Positions 30,391 to 42,087 are shown, counted from the first letter of the stretch. The stretch is 64,000 nt of DNA from Rickettsiales bacterium (GCA_020049805.1 JAGVLN010000014.1:7921-71920); one strand, 5' to 3'. Notes: generated by a model from the sequence alone, not told the origin. Program-made: numbers and translations.

Positions 30391-32019
30391 ATGATTACTA
30401 TTACTAATTTAGCCATGAGTTATGGCCCCAAGTTACTATTTACAGATGTAAACCTCAATATCAATAAAGGTAACAGATATGGTTTAGTTGGTGCAAATGG
30501 TGCGGGTAAATCTACTTTTCTCAAGGTTGTGGCACAAGAGGAAGAAGCAAGTTTTGGAGAAGTTAGCTTAATGAAAAATTCTCGTATTGGTTGGCTTAAG
30601 CAAGATCAATTTCGTTATGAAAATGTTTCTATTATTAATACTGTTATTGCTGGCAAGGAAGATCTTTGGAAAGCTCTATTAGAAAAAGAAGAGATACTAT
30701 CACTAAGTGAATATAATGATGAGGCAGGTTATAGGCTGGGGGAGCTTGAGGAAATTATTCAAAACAATGATGGGTATAATGCCGAAAGTTTTGCAGCTGA
30801 ATTGCTTATTGGACTTGGAATTGCTGAGGAATATCATTATCAGCCATTATCAGTATTATCAGGGGGTTATAAGCTAAGAGTACTTCTTGCACAAAGTTTA
30901 TTTAATAATCCAGATGTTTTAATGCTTGATGAACCAACTAACCATCTTGATATTAATTCGATTTATTGGCTTGAGAATTATCTTAAACAAAAATTTAAGG
31001 GTGCATTGGTTTTTATCTCACATGATATAGCGTTTCTTAACAACGTTGCCACTCATATTTTAGATATAGATTACGGTGAAATACGCCAATATGTAGGTAA
31101 TTACAACGATTTTGTTAAAGAAAAGCAGCTGGTTGCGGAGCAAAAATTGCATGAACGTACACATATGGAAAAGAAAATTGCTCATATGAAAGTCTTTGTT
31201 GAAAAATTTAGGGCTTTGGCTAGTAGAGCTAGACAAAGCGCTTCACGAGAGAAGTTAATTGAGAAAATGGAATTACCAGATATTCAAAAAAGCTCCAGAG
31301 TAAGCCCTATTTTCGAATTTAAACTAAAAAGGCCATCAGGAAAAGTAGTAGTAAAAGTAGCAGATATTGCTAAGAATTTTGCTGAGAAAAAAGTATTAAA
31401 CAAGGTAGGGTTTACTATAACTAAAGGTGAAAAAGTTATTATTATTGGGCCAAATGGTATAGGAAAATCCACCTTATTAAAAATAATTTTGGGCAAATTG
31501 ACAGCTGATAATGGTAGTTATGAATGGGGATATGAATCTCAAATATCATACTTTGCCCAAGACCATCACGAGTTATTGAATGAAAGTATTACAGCCTTTG
31601 ATTGGCTATCAAAGCAAGCTGAAAAAGAGCTTACAGGAAAAATTCGTACTGTGCTTGGCCAAGTGTTGTTTCGTCAAGATGAAGCTTATAAAAATATCCT
31701 GAGTTTGAGTGGAGGAGAGGGTGCTAGATTATTATTAGCAAAAGCTATGCTTGAAGAAGGAAATATATTAATTCTTGATGAGCCAACTAACCATTTAGAT
31801 ATTGAAGCTAAGGAAGCTCTTAAAAAGGCATTGGTGAAGTATAATGGTACGCTAATTATGGTAACTCATGATCGAGATTTTGCTAGTAGTGTTGCTACAA
31901 GGATTATTGCTCTTTCTACAAAAGGTGTGACAGATTTTAAAGGCAAATATAGAGAATATTTAGAAAAATTTGGTAGTGATTATTTAAATAGAGAATGGGT
32001 AGTAAAAACTAAGATTTAG
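30391..32019 (+). CDS. ABC-F family ATPase (two NBDs, no TMD)
   Basis: Two Walker A motifs (GANGAGKST, GPNGIGKST), two LSGG signatures, and a linker between the NBDs. 542 aa. Confidence 0.88.
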   Translation: MITITNLAMSYGPKLLFTDVNLNINKGNRYGLVGANGAGKSTFLKVVAQEEEASFGEVSLMKNSRIGWLKQDQFRYENVSIINTVIAGKEDLWKALLEKEEILSLSEYNDEAGYRLGELEEIIQNNDGYNAESFAAELLIGLGIAEEYHYQPLSVLSGGYKLRVLLAQSLFNNPDVLMLDEPTNHLDINSIYWLENYLKQKFKGALVFISHDIAFLNNVATHILDIDYGEIRQYVGNYNDFVKEKQLVAEQKLHERTHMEKKIAHMKVFVEKFRALASRARQSASREKLIEKMELPDIQKSSRVSPIFEFKLKRPSGKVVVKVADIAKNFAEKKVLNKVGFTITKGEKVIIIGPNGIGKSTLLKIILGKLTADNGSYEWGYESQISYFAQDHHELLNESITAFDWLSKQAEKELTGKIRTVLGQVLFRQDEAYKNILSLSGGEGARLLLAKAMLEEGNILILDEPTNHLDIEAKEALKKALVKYNGTLIMVTHDRDFASSVATRIIALSTKGVTDFKGKYREYLEKFGSDYLNREWVVKTKI

Positions 32020-32608
32020 CTCTTGTTTTAGGAGCTTTAATAGTTTTATTATTAAAAAGTTTATTTATTTTTTCTTCAATAAATGCAAGGCTTTTTAACT
32101 CTCGTTCTTGGACTTCTAATAAAACCTTCATTTGTTTAGTAATTAACAAATCTATCTTGTTGTTTAATTCCCTTACTTGTAATTCTGCTTTTAAATTTAT
32201 AAGATATTCATGTTCAGATCTTTCACGATCTTTTTCAGCCTGCCTATTTTGACTCATTAAAATAACAGGTGCTTGAAAAGCAGCTAAACAGGATAATACC
32301 AAATTTAGTAAGATATATGGGTATGGATCAAAGGCTTCGTTGTTAAGAGCATTATTTAATACCATCCACACTACGACAATAGTAGCAAATAATATTATAA
32401 AAAGCCAGCTACCGCCAAAGATAGCTACTTTATCAGCTAATTTCATTCCTAAAGATAGCTTTTCTTTTTTACTATCTTTGAAGATTCGTTTTACTAGTAG
32501 TTCTTCCTCTTGTAAACTTTCAATAATAATACGATTTAGCTTAGCAATGTGCTTATTTTCTTCGTTGACTAATTTATTTATATAATCCAAATTTTTATTA
32601 TTATTCAT
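32009..32608 (-). CDS. DUF1003 family membrane protein
   Basis: The segment FDPYPYILLNLVLSCLAAFQAPVILMSQNRQAEKDR is the DUF1003 core. Confidence 0.75.
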   Translation of the reverse strand: MNNNKNLDYINKLVNEENKHIAKLNRIIIESLQEEELLVKRIFKDSKKEKLSLGMKLADKVAIFGGSWLFIILFATIVVVWMVLNNALNNEAFDPYPYILLNLVLSCLAAFQAPVILMSQNRQAEKDRERSEHEYLINLKAELQVRELNNKIDLLITKQMKVLLEVQERELKSLAFIEEKINKLFNNKTIKAPKTRAKS

Positions 32609-32804
32609 TTCCGTAATTATTCTTTAATGAGGTTATATAAATAATTGTAACTTCTATTAATTTAAAAGCAAAAAGAATAAACGTTAAATAAGTTGAGGGA
32701 TAAATTTTTTAGATAAGATTGATAAAAATGAAGTTTTTGAGGTAGTATTATTTAAAAAGCTAACTTACTTAATATAGGCAGGGCTTAAGGTTTAATACAA
32801 TTTC

Positions 32805-32833
32805 TTGACCATTATGTTAACATCATCTAGAAT
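32805..32833 (+). promoter_or_regulatory. candidate sigma70 promoter for phoU (TTGACC, 17-nt spacer, TAGAAT)
   Basis: -35 element at 32805-32810 and -10 element at 32828-32833, 38 nt upstream of the GTG start at 32871. Confidence 0.4.
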
Positions 32834-32870
32834 TAAGAGAATATTCTAAAAAAGTAAAAAGGTTTAAATC

Positions 32871-33542
32871 GTGAATGAGCATATAGTTCAATCTTACGAT
32901 CTAGAACTCTCTAAATTGACAAATTCCATCATTACAATAGGTGAGTTAGTTAAAGAGATGCTCTTGATTCAAAAAAAGGCAATTAGCAAACCTAACGTAA
33001 AATGGGTTATGGAATCAGAGGCGCTAGATCTAAAAATTAATAAATATGATATTGAAATAGAACAACAAGCAACAATTTTGATAGCAACTAGACAACCATT
33101 AGCTATAGATTTAAGGCAAATTACTTCTGCTATTAAAATTGCAGTAATTATGGAGCGTATGGGTGATCTTTCTAAAAATATTACTAGAAGGATGGCTACT
33201 ATTATTCCTGAAGCATTAAATCAGGATATACGAGAAGATATGAATAAAATGACTCAAACATTGATTGTAATGTTAGAAAAGGTCTTAAGTTCAATAAAAA
33301 CTTTGGATACCAATACTGCTTTATCTGTATTAGAAAAGGATGCTTACATTGATTCTTTGTACTCGATATTGATTAATAGAATTTCTACAATCATTATTAA
33401 TAATAAAAGTATGACGCAGTCTATAACCCAATTAGTTATAGTTATAAAAAACATAGAAAGAATTGGAGATTATATTACTAAGGTGGCCAAAATACTTTAT
33501 TATATAGTTACTGGCGACGTCATAACTGCCAGACCTTCTTAA
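32871..33542 (+). CDS. phoU: phosphate signalling complex protein PhoU
   Basis: Two PhoU repeats (ERMGDLSKNI and ERIGDYITKVA). 223 aa with a GTG start. Confidence 0.85.
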   Translation: MNEHIVQSYDLELSKLTNSIITIGELVKEMLLIQKKAISKPNVKWVMESEALDLKINKYDIEIEQQATILIATRQPLAIDLRQITSAIKIAVIMERMGDLSKNITRRMATIIPEALNQDIREDMNKMTQTLIVMLEKVLSSIKTLDTNTALSVLEKDAYIDSLYSILINRISTIIINNKSMTQSITQLVIVIKNIERIGDYITKVAKILYYIVTGDVITARPS

Positions 33543-33551
33543 AGATAAAAA

Positions 33552-35114
33552 ATGCAGCATAGTTTAAATAAAAAACCTATAGTTTTATGTGTTTTAGATG
33601 GTTGGGGTATTGCTCCTAAAAATGAGAAATTGGTTAGTTCTTTAAATAATGCTATAATTGATGCTAATCCTGAATTTTATAATTATTTACTAAGTAAATA
33701 TCCAAATACAGAGCTTACAACATCAGGTAAAGATGTCGGTTTACCGGTTGGTCAAATGGGTAATTCAGAAGTTGGCCATATGACTATTGGTAGCGGCCGA
33801 ATTATCTATCAAGATTTGGTAAGAATAAATAATGCTATTGAGTTAAATATTATCCAAAAAAACGAAGCATTAGAAAGCTTAATTGCTACCTTAAAAAATA
33901 ATAAAAAGGCTTGTCATATAATAGGTCTTATATCTGATGGAGGAGTACATTCTCACATTGAGCATTTAATTTTCATGGCTAAATTTGTGGCTCATCAGGG
34001 TATTAAAGTTTATTTACATTTAATAACTGATGGTAGAGATACAGCGCCACAAAATGCTCAAAAATTTATCCAACAAGTTATAGAAGATATTGAAGAAATA
34101 GACTTAATCTCTATAGCAACTATTAGCGGCCGCTATTATGCAATGGATCGTGATAAAAGATATGATAGAATAAAAAGGTATTATGACACTATAATTGATA
34201 GTTCTAATAAAACTTTTGAAGACCCACTAGAGGTTATAACTAAAAGTTACTCTGATAATATTTATGATGAATTTATAGTGCCTCAATCAAATTTTCATTA
34301 TCAAGGAATGGAGGATGGAGACGGAGTGATAATGATTAATTTTAGAGCCGATAGAATGAGGCAACTAGCTTTATCTTTATTCGATCCACACTTTACTGAT
34401 TTTAAACGAGAGAAAATAATAAATTTTTCAGAGAAGCTCACTATGGTTGAATATTCAAAAGAGATAAATGCTTTTTCTAAGTCTATTTTTCCTGCTTTAG
34501 TAATTAACAATACTTTGCCTGAAATTCTTTCTCAACAAGATCTATCTCAATTGAGAATAGCTGAAACAGAAAAATATGCGCATGTTACTTTCTTTTTTAA
34601 TGCGGGTAGAGAAATACCTTTTAAAGGTGAAGATAGAATATTAATTAATTCTCCTAAAGTAACTACCTATGATCAATCGCCAGAGATGTCTGCATATGAA
34701 TTAACAGAACGATTATTAAAAGAGATCCTTAGTGGAAAATATGATTTTATTCTTGTAAATTTTGCTAATACCGATATGGTGGGGCATACAGGTAATTATC
34801 ATGCTACTATTAAAGCAGTAAAATCTATTGATAAGTGCCTAGAAAAAATATATTCTGCAATAACCGAAATAGGTGGTATTCTGATCATTACTGCTGATCA
34901 TGGGAATGCAGAAAAAATGTTTGACGAGGAAAACAATAACGTGCATACATCTCATACTACTTATCCTGTGCCATTTATTATTGTAAATGATAAGCTAGGT
35001 GATATGAAACTTAAAAATGGTACTTTAGCCGATATTGCTCCAACAATATTAAATTTAATGAGTTTAAAGACACCTCAAGATATGACAGGGAAAAATTTAA
35101 TAGTATCAAATTAA
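33552..35114 (+). CDS. gpmI: 2,3-bisphosphoglycerate-independent phosphoglycerate mutase
   Basis: LCVLDGWG, NSEVGHMTIGSGR and ITADHGNAE motifs. Confidence 0.93.
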   Translation: MQHSLNKKPIVLCVLDGWGIAPKNEKLVSSLNNAIIDANPEFYNYLLSKYPNTELTTSGKDVGLPVGQMGNSEVGHMTIGSGRIIYQDLVRINNAIELNIIQKNEALESLIATLKNNKKACHIIGLISDGGVHSHIEHLIFMAKFVAHQGIKVYLHLITDGRDTAPQNAQKFIQQVIEDIEEIDLISIATISGRYYAMDRDKRYDRIKRYYDTIIDSSNKTFEDPLEVITKSYSDNIYDEFIVPQSNFHYQGMEDGDGVIMINFRADRMRQLALSLFDPHFTDFKREKIINFSEKLTMVEYSKEINAFSKSIFPALVINNTLPEILSQQDLSQLRIAETEKYAHVTFFFNAGREIPFKGEDRILINSPKVTTYDQSPEMSAYELTERLLKEILSGKYDFILVNFANTDMVGHTGNYHATIKAVKSIDKCLEKIYSAITEIGGILIITADHGNAEKMFDEENNNVHTSHTTYPVPFIIVNDKLGDMKLKNGTLADIAPTILNLMSLKTPQDMTGKNLIVSN

Positions 35115-35115
35115 A

Positions 35116-35823
35116 ATGAAATCTTTAGTTAATAATCTCAAAAGTTTGCTAATAGCCATTATTTTAGCAGTTATATTCCGTTCAGTATTGTATGAGCCAT
35201 ATCTAATTCCTTCCGGTTCAATGCTACCGACTTTGTTAATTGGAGATAGAATTTTTATCTCTAAATTTGAGTATGGAATAAGCAAATTTTCCTTCCCGTT
35301 TAACCCTCCTATTTTTGAAGGTAGAATCTTAGAATTTAAACAACCTGAACGAGGTGATGTTATAGTATTTAAACAGAAAAAGGATGATGAATATATTATT
35401 TATATAAAAAGATTAATAGGATTACCAGGAGATAAAATCCAGATGATTAATGGGGTGCTTTATATAAACGATAAAGCTGTACCAAAGGTAGAAACAGAAC
35501 CTTTTGTTTATGAAGGTGAAAAAATCCCGCAGTTTATTGAAACTTTACCTAATAATGTTTCTTATCATAGTTTAGATATTGGAAGTACTTATATGGACAA
35601 TACACCAATTTATAATGTGCCAGCGAATCATTATTTCTTTATGGGAGATAATCGAGACAACTCACGTGACAGTAGAGTTTTATCTGGCATTGGTTATGTG
35701 CCAGCCGAAAATATTCTGGGTAAAGCTAAAATTATCTTTTTTTCCTCAGCTGCTGATTGGTATGATATTCCAGGCTGGTTTACTAAATTACGCTATAACC
35801 GGTTATTCAAGACAGTTGATTAA
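35116..35823 (+). CDS. lepB: signal peptidase I
   Basis: IPSGSMLPTL (catalytic Ser), YIKRLIGLPGD (Lys box) and GDNRDNSRDSR. Confidence 0.93.
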   Translation: MKSLVNNLKSLLIAIILAVIFRSVLYEPYLIPSGSMLPTLLIGDRIFISKFEYGISKFSFPFNPPIFEGRILEFKQPERGDVIVFKQKKDDEYIIYIKRLIGLPGDKIQMINGVLYINDKAVPKVETEPFVYEGEKIPQFIETLPNNVSYHSLDIGSTYMDNTPIYNVPANHYFFMGDNRDNSRDSRVLSGIGYVPAENILGKAKIIFFSSAADWYDIPGWFTKLRYNRLFKTVD

Positions 35824-35828
35824 TTAGC

Positions 35829-36521
35829 ATGAAAGAGCTGATAAAAGTACTTAATTACCAATTCACAAATGAAAATCTACTTAAACAGGCGCTAACTCAT
35901 CCAAGTGTTATACAAACGCCACATATTAAAACTGCCCATTATGAAAGATTAGAATTATTGGGCGATACAGTATTATCATTAGTAATAACAGAATTATTAT
36001 TAGAGAAATATCCGGAGGATAATGAAGGTGCTTTAGCTAAAAAGAGAGCTACATTAATATGCGGAGATATTTTATCTAATATTGCTCATCAACTTGGTAT
36101 TCATGAATATATTATTATGTCCGGTGGTGAAGAAAAAGCCGGGGGGAAAACTAATCCTAGAATTTTAGAAAACGTAGTTGAGGCGCTAATTGGTGCTATG
36201 TATTTGGATGGTGGACTAGAAGTATGTAAGAAATTTATTTGCGAATTTTGGGCAGAAGCTTTAGAAAATACTACTGCTGTTCCAGTAGATCCAAAAGCAT
36301 ATTTGCAAGAATGGGCTCAAAAAAGCGGTAAATCCATTCCTAATTATGCCATTTTGGAACAAGAAGGTCCGGCCCATAAACCAATATTTACCGTTGAAGT
36401 TACTGTTGAAGATTTACCTAAATTTCAAGCTCAGGGAAGTTCTAGAAAGATAGCAGAGAAGTTAGCAGCGGAACAAGTAATTATTTATATACAAAATTTA
36501 AAAGATGAATCAAGTAATTAA
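35829..36521 (+). CDS. rnc: ribonuclease III
   Basis: ERLELLGDTVL signature plus a C-terminal dsRBD. Confidence 0.93.
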   Translation: MKELIKVLNYQFTNENLLKQALTHPSVIQTPHIKTAHYERLELLGDTVLSLVITELLLEKYPEDNEGALAKKRATLICGDILSNIAHQLGIHEYIIMSGGEEKAGGKTNPRILENVVEALIGAMYLDGGLEVCKKFICEFWAEALENTTAVPVDPKAYLQEWAQKSGKSIPNYAILEQEGPAHKPIFTVEVTVEDLPKFQAQGSSRKIAEKLAAEQVIIYIQNLKDESSN

Positions 36522-37392
36522 TACTAAATCAAATTGGATAACATTTATAGGTGCTCCTAATGCCGGTAAATCTACTTTGCTTAACAAATTAATTGGAACA
36601 AAAATTTCAATTGTTACTCCAAAGGTCCAAACTACTCGTACTATGCTTAAAGGTATTAAAGTTATTGATAATACCCAATTAGTTTTTACAGATACGCCTG
36701 GTATATTTCAGAAGGCAAAAACTAAGTTAGAAAAATATATGTTAAGTTGTGCGTGGAGTAGTTTACAAGAAGCTAATCAAATATGTTTGCTAGTAGATTG
36801 TACCAAATATGATGAGTTAAATACTCAATACTTAATAGAGCAATTAATTAGCCAAAATGTCAAAGTAATTTTGATTATAAATAAAATTGATTTAATAAAA
36901 AAACCTTTGCTTCTTCCTGTGGTTGAGAAGTTAAGTAAAAATCAAAATATCTTTGAAAAAATATTCATGATTTCAGCATTAGAAGATGATGGTGTTAAAG
37001 ATTTAGAAGAATATTTTCTGCAAACTGCTAAACCGTCTCCATGGTTTTTTAATGGGGAAGATATTACTGATGCGCCTATGCGCTTCTTAGTAGCAGAAAT
37101 GGTAAGAGAAAAGGTCTTTCTTTTTACTAACCAAGAATTGCCTTATAATATAGCGATTGAAACAGAAACCTGGGATGAGAGCGACAAACTTGTTTCGATT
37201 AGGGTGTCTATAAAAGTTATTAGATTGGGACATAAAAAAATAATTATAGGGCATGCTGGTCAGTTAATTAAAAAGATTGGTACTAAAGCGCGTCAAGATA
37301 TTGAAGCTTTAATAGGAAAAAAAGTCTTTTTATCTTTATTTGTAAAAGTTACAGATTGGGATAAAAACATCCACGAATCTGTAAGTTTTTAA
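36505..37392 (+). CDS. era: GTPase Era
   Basis: GAPNAGKST, DTPG and NKID motifs, plus a KH domain. Part of the lepB-rnc-era operon order. Confidence 0.93.
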   Translation: MNQVINTKSNWITFIGAPNAGKSTLLNKLIGTKISIVTPKVQTTRTMLKGIKVIDNTQLVFTDTPGIFQKAKTKLEKYMLSCAWSSLQEANQICLLVDCTKYDELNTQYLIEQLISQNVKVILIINKIDLIKKPLLLPVVEKLSKNQNIFEKIFMISALEDDGVKDLEEYFLQTAKPSPWFFNGEDITDAPMRFLVAEMVREKVFLFTNQELPYNIAIETETWDESDKLVSIRVSIKVIRLGHKKIIIGHAGQLIKKIGTKARQDIEALIGKKVFLSLFVKVTDWDKNIHESVSF

Positions 37393-37490
37393 TAAAATCT
37401 ATCAAATATTTTATTCGTCTATATTGAAAAGCTTTCTATCAATATATAAATATAGCGTAACTTATTAATTCTAAATTAAAGGTAATAATA

Positions 37491-39353
37491 ATGTCGACAA
37501 AAGAAACCAGACAGTTTGGTGCAGAAGTAGGAAAAATATTGCACTTAATGATTCATTCTCTTTATACTAATAAAGATATTTTTCTGCGAGAATTAATATC
37601 CAATGCTTCTGATGCATGTGATAAATTACGATATGAAGCTAGTCAAAATCCAGAACTTTCTAATAATACACCATTAAAAATCACTATTTCTACTGATGAA
37701 AAAGCAGGTACCATAACCATAACTGATAATGGTATTGGTATGAGTAAAAATGAGTTAATAGAGAATCTAGGAACAATTGCTAAGTCGGGAACACAAAATT
37801 TCTTGGAAAAATTAACTGGTGATGCCAAAAAAGATATGATGTTAATTGGTCAATTTGGTGTAGGATTTTATTCGTCCTTTATGGTAGCGGACGAAGTAAC
37901 AGTTATATCTCGTAAAGCCGGTGAAAAAGAAGTTTGTACATGGAAATCTTCTGGAAATGGCGAATTTACTATAGAAAAATCTTCAGTGAAAATGGATCCA
38001 GGTACGATGATTGAACTTAAATTGCGTGCGGGAGAAGAAGGCTATCTTGATAAATTTAGAATTACTCACATTATAAATACCTATTCAGATCATATTTCAG
38101 TACCAATTGAATTAATAGAGAATAAAGATAAAACATCGGTATTAAATACTTCTTCTGCACTATGGACAAAACCTAAAGCTGAGATTAGCGAAGATCAATA
38201 TAATGAATTCTATAAAAAAATTGCTCATGCAGGTGATACTCCTTGGATGATATTGCACAATAAAAATGAAGGTGCAATTGAATATACTAATTTATTGTTC
38301 ATTCCTTCTAGTAAAACATTTGATTTATTTCATCCTGATCGGAAATGTCGAGTAAAGTTATATATTAAACGAGTTTTTATTAATGATGAAAGCATAAATA
38401 TAATACCTCAATATTTAAGGTTTTTAAGAGGTGTAGTAGATTCAGAAGATTTACCTTTGAACATCAGTAGGGAAACTTTACAACATAATCAGACTTTGGA
38501 AAAAATTCGTAAATCTATTGTCAAACGTGTTATTTCTGACTTAAGGAAAAAGCTAAATGATGATAAAACTTCATATTTAGAATTTTGGAATAACTTTGGT
38601 GCTGTACTTAAAGAAGGATTATGCGAATCCTTAGAAGCTTCTATTCAATTATTAGATATATGTTTATTTAAAAGTGCTAAAACTGGTGAATTTATTTCAT
38701 TAGATGAATATATAGCTAATATGAAACCGGATCAGGAAGCAATCTATTATATAAGTGGTGAAGATGATAAAAAAATTCTACATCATCCGCAATTAGAAGG
38801 ATTCTTGCAACGTGATATTGATGTTTTATTATTTACTGATACAGTAGATGATTTTTGGATTAATGTTAATCACGAATATAAGGAAAAACCTATAAAATCC
38901 GTTACTAGGTCTAACATAGATTTAGATAAAGATAATAATGAAAATAAAGTTCCTGACAAAGATAAAAAACAAGATATTGAAAAATTACTTGAGTATTTTA
39001 GAAAAACACTTCAAGGTTTAATTAAAGATGTAAAGGTTTCTGGTAAATTAACAGATAGTGCAGTGTGTTTATCAGTAGCAGAAGGTGCAATGGATATTAG
39101 AATGGAGAGATTTTTAATTGAACAAAAGCAATTAAAATCCGCTTCAACTAAAATTTTGGAAATAAATACTAAACATAAGATTATAAAAAAAATAATGGAA
39201 GATATTAGTTCGAATAAAGCTGATGGGCAGACAGAAGGATTAGTGAAAATCTTATTTGATGAAGCTTGTGTGATTGAAGGTGAGCCAGTACACGATCCAA
39301 GGGGGTTTGTGAGTAGGATGAACCAATTTTTAGAAAATATGTTAGAAATTTAG
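37491..39353 (+). CDS. htpG: molecular chaperone HtpG (Hsp90)
   Basis: [27 protein letters not shown]. 620 aa. Confidence 0.95.
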   Translation: MSTKETRQFGAEVGKILHLMIHSLYTNKDIFLRELISNASDACDKLRYEASQNPELSNNTPLKITISTDEKAGTITITDNGIGMSKNELIENLGTIAKSGTQNFLEKLTGDAKKDMMLIGQFGVGFYSSFMVADEVTVISRKAGEKEVCTWKSSGNGEFTIEKSSVKMDPGTMIELKLRAGEEGYLDKFRITHIINTYSDHISVPIELIENKDKTSVLNTSSALWTKPKAEISEDQYNEFYKKIAHAGDTPWMILHNKNEGAIEYTNLLFIPSSKTFDLFHPDRKCRVKLYIKRVFINDESINIIPQYLRFLRGVVDSEDLPLNISRETLQHNQTLEKIRKSIVKRVISDLRKKLNDDKTSYLEFWNNFGAVLKEGLCESLEASIQLLDICLFKSAKTGEFISLDEYIANMKPDQEAIYYISGEDDKKILHHPQLEGFLQRDIDVLLFTDTVDDFWINVNHEYKEKPIKSVTRSNIDLDKDNNENKVPDKDKKQDIEKLLEYFRKTLQGLIKDVKVSGKLTDSAVCLSVAEGAMDIRMERFLIEQKQLKSASTKILEINTKHKIIKKIMEDISSNKADGQTEGLVKILFDEACVIEGEPVHDPRGFVSRMNQFLENMLEI

Positions 39354-39361
39354 GAATAAAG

Positions 39362-39649
39362 ATGAATTTTAATCCATTCATTGATCTTATAGCGCAAGTT
39401 TTAAATTTATATAATGGTATTCTATCTGTCTGGGTAATAATGAGCTTATTGATATATTTTGATATTATCAATAAGCAACAGACAATAGTTTATAAAGTAA
39501 TGCATTTTCTTAATAGTTTAGTATTACCAATTTTAGAAAAAATTAGAAAGATTATCCCCCCTATTGGTAATGTGGATATCTCTGTTATAGTATTGTACTT
39601 ATTAATTAAGTTTGTTATTGATATATTATATACATATTTTTATGGGTAG
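39362..39649 (+). CDS. yggT: YggT family membrane protein
   Basis: 95 aa. The segment LPILEKIRKIIPPIGNVDISVIVLYLL matches the YggT core. Confidence 0.7.
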   Translation: MNFNPFIDLIAQVLNLYNGILSVWVIMSLLIYFDIINKQQTIVYKVMHFLNSLVLPILEKIRKIIPPIGNVDISVIVLYLLIKFVIDILYTYFYG

Positions 39650-39661
39650 CTTAATAATCTA

Positions 39662-40869
39662 ATGATATTATTCGTTATTTTCTTAATACTGTATGCATAC
39701 CTTATTCACTATCTTGGCAAATTTACTATTGCCTTAAAATTCAAAAGAAACAAAACTCGACTAATTGCGCCACTCAAATATTATGGTTATTTTGTTTTAA
39801 CCTTAAGCTACACTATAGCTTTTATAATATTTTTTGGATTATTATTGCTGTACAAATTTAATTTATTAATTAGTACACTAGATCAATTATTGATTGCTAA
39901 CGTTATTAATTTTTTAATAGTCTCTTTATTTTTAATATATTGGGTCGATCCAAAATTGGATGTTAGAAATTACTTTGAACGTAATGTAAAGTTCATTATG
40001 TTATGTATTTCTAGTCTATCTTTCGTGATAACTATTCTTATTATAATCTCAATTTTATTTGAAACTTATAAATTCTTTAGTGTTGTTTCTTTAGTTGATT
40101 TTTTTACTAGTATTAACTGGAATCCACAAGATCACTTAGAAGATATTGATATAGGTAAAATTTTGGAATTATGCCTTTATTAGCAGGAACGTTTTTAATT
40201 ACAATTATTGCATTAATTGTTTCTACACCAATTGGTATATTTTCTGCCGTATTTCTTTCTGAGTATGTTAGTAATAAGCTGCGCTTTATATTAAAACCCA
40301 TAATAGAAATGTTGTCTGGTATACCGACTGTTGTATATGGGTACTTTGCTGCATTATATATGGGGCCATATATTAGGAGTGCTGGCGAAAGTTGGAATTT
40401 AGATGTTTCTTCCGAAAGCGCCCTAGCGGCAGGGGTAGTATTGGGAATAATGATCATACCTTATATAATCTCATTGGCAGATGACATGTTGAAATCTATT
40501 CCTGCTAACCTTAGGGATGCATCTTTAGCGTTGGGAGCTACAAAATTTGAAACTATTGCTAAAATTATTATACCTGCAGCAAAGTCAGGTTTGATAGGTG
40601 CTGTAATGTTAGCTTTTTCACGCGCTATAGGTGAAACAATGATTGTAACCATGGCCTCAGGACTAACAGCTAGATTAACAGCTAATCCTTTAAACTCTGT
40701 TACTACCGTTACTGCCCAAATAGTATCAATTCTAACAGGAGATCAGGAATTTAATAGCATAAAAACTCTAGCGGCATTTGCTTTAGCATTTACTTTATTC
40801 TGTTTAACTCTAATACTTAATGCTATAGCTCATAATGTAATGACAAAATATAAGAGTCAATTTAGATGA
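39662..40869 (+). pseudogene. pstC: phosphate ABC transporter permease PstC (long form), interrupted by a 1-nt frameshift at an A4T4 tract (40157-40164)
   Basis: ORF 39662..40183 carries the N-terminal TM region up to ...INWNPQDHLEDIDIGK and then runs into a stop. ORF 40171..40869 carries the rest (MPLLAGTF...EMLSGIPTVVYGYF). Adding one A restores ...IGKNFGIMPLLAGTF..., i.e. the conserved FG-x-x-P-L-x-x-GT junction. Confidence 0.7.
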
Positions 40870-42074
40870 AGCAATTTAATATAAGAAAAAGAAAGGTTTT
40901 AGATGGGTTGTTCAAAATTATATGTTATGCCTCAAGTTTATTTTCTTTATTATTTTTAATCTTATTTTTGTCTGTAATCACTGTTCAAGGCTTTAATGGC
41001 CTATTTACTACTAAAATCAAATTAGAGTTAATCCTTCCACCTACTATGTCTGATAAGGAGCAAGTAATAGCTGAATATAATAATTTGATTTATCAATTTT
41101 TAATTAAGGAAACAGATGTTAAAATTAGTAGCCATGAATTAAATAAAATTATAAGTTTTGAAGCTCCATATCAGATACATGATTTTATTATTAAACATCC
41201 AGAGTATATAGCTAAGGAACATAGTTTTTGGGTTACTGCTTCTATAGATGTTTATAAATACTATAATACTCATACTCATGTTGAGTTAGGAGATGATATA
41301 AGGCAAATGGTTGTTGAGCTTATAAAAGAAGATAGAGTTGCTAATTTCTTTAATTGGCAATTTTTTACCCATAGTGATTCAAGCGAGCCAGAAATAGCTG
41401 GTATAGGCGGAAGTATACTTGGTTCATTAATGATTATAAGTATATGTATATGTATAGCTTTTCCTCTAGGTTTAATAACTGCGGTTTATTTAGAAGAATT
41501 TGCTCCACGTAATTTTATTACTAAAATGATAGAGGTCAATATAAGTAATTTATCAGCTGTACCATCAATTGTATTTGGTCTACTCGGCATGACTATATTC
41601 ATTGCAATTGGTAACTTGCCTAGATCCTCTTCCTTAGTTGGGGGTTTAACGCTAGCTATATTAGTGTTACCAATTATTATTACTACTACTAGGCAAGCAC
41701 TTAGTGTAGTACCAGATTCAATAAAAAATGCTGCACTTGCTCTAGGAGCCTCTAAATTACAAATAGTTTTTCATCACTCATTGCCTATAGCTTTACCAAC
41801 AGTTATAACAGGAGGAATTTTAGCTATATCCAGGGCTTTAGGTGAAACTGCCCCCCTTATAATAATTGGCATGGCAGCTTTTATTACTAATGTGCCTGAA
41901 AATATTTTTGAGCCTGCCACTGCTTTACCAGTGCAAATATATCTATGGGCAGATAATCCTGAAGAAATATTTGCAGAAAAAGCATCACTTGCTATTGTTG
42001 TATTACTTACAATATTATCTATAATTAATTTTGTTGCTATCTTTGTAAGAAAAAAATATTTTGTGAAATTATAA
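40866..42074 (+). CDS. pstA: phosphate ABC transporter permease PstA (long form)
   Basis: EAA-loop region [14 protein letters not shown]. 402 aa. Start overlaps the pstC stop. Confidence 0.88.
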   Translation: MKQFNIRKRKVLDGLFKIICYASSLFSLLFLILFLSVITVQGFNGLFTTKIKLELILPPTMSDKEQVIAEYNNLIYQFLIKETDVKISSHELNKIISFEAPYQIHDFIIKHPEYIAKEHSFWVTASIDVYKYYNTHTHVELGDDIRQMVVELIKEDRVANFFNWQFFTHSDSSEPEIAGIGGSILGSLMIISICICIAFPLGLITAVYLEEFAPRNFITKMIEVNISNLSAVPSIVFGLLGMTIFIAIGNLPRSSSLVGGLTLAILVLPIIITTTRQALSVVPDSIKNAALALGASKLQIVFHHSLPIALPTVITGGILAISRALGETAPLIIIGMAAFITNVPENIFEPATALPVQIYLWADNPEEIFAEKASLAIVVLLTILSIINFVAIFVRKKYFVKL

Positions 42075-42087
42075 TTTAATAAAATAT

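Noticed and set aside
35640-35670. A parS-like core (CTCACGTGAC) near the origin; there is also a half-site, TTCACGT, at about 57411.
   Set aside because: Only the central 8 of 16 positions match TGTTTCACGTGAAACA, and it lies inside lepB coding sequence. The match is insufficient.
37393-37490. A heat-shock (sigma32) promoter upstream of htpG (ATTGAAAAGC...TATATAAAT).
   Set aside because: A -35-like TTGAAA is present, but there is no CCCCAT-type -10 element. The spacing to AT-rich -10-like hexamers is ambiguous, and in AT-rich DNA this is not distinguishable from background.
39650-39661. A Pho box upstream of pstC or phoU.
   Set aside because: The yggT-pstC gap is only 12 nt. Neither that gap nor 32609-32870 contains tandem CTGTCAT-like repeats.
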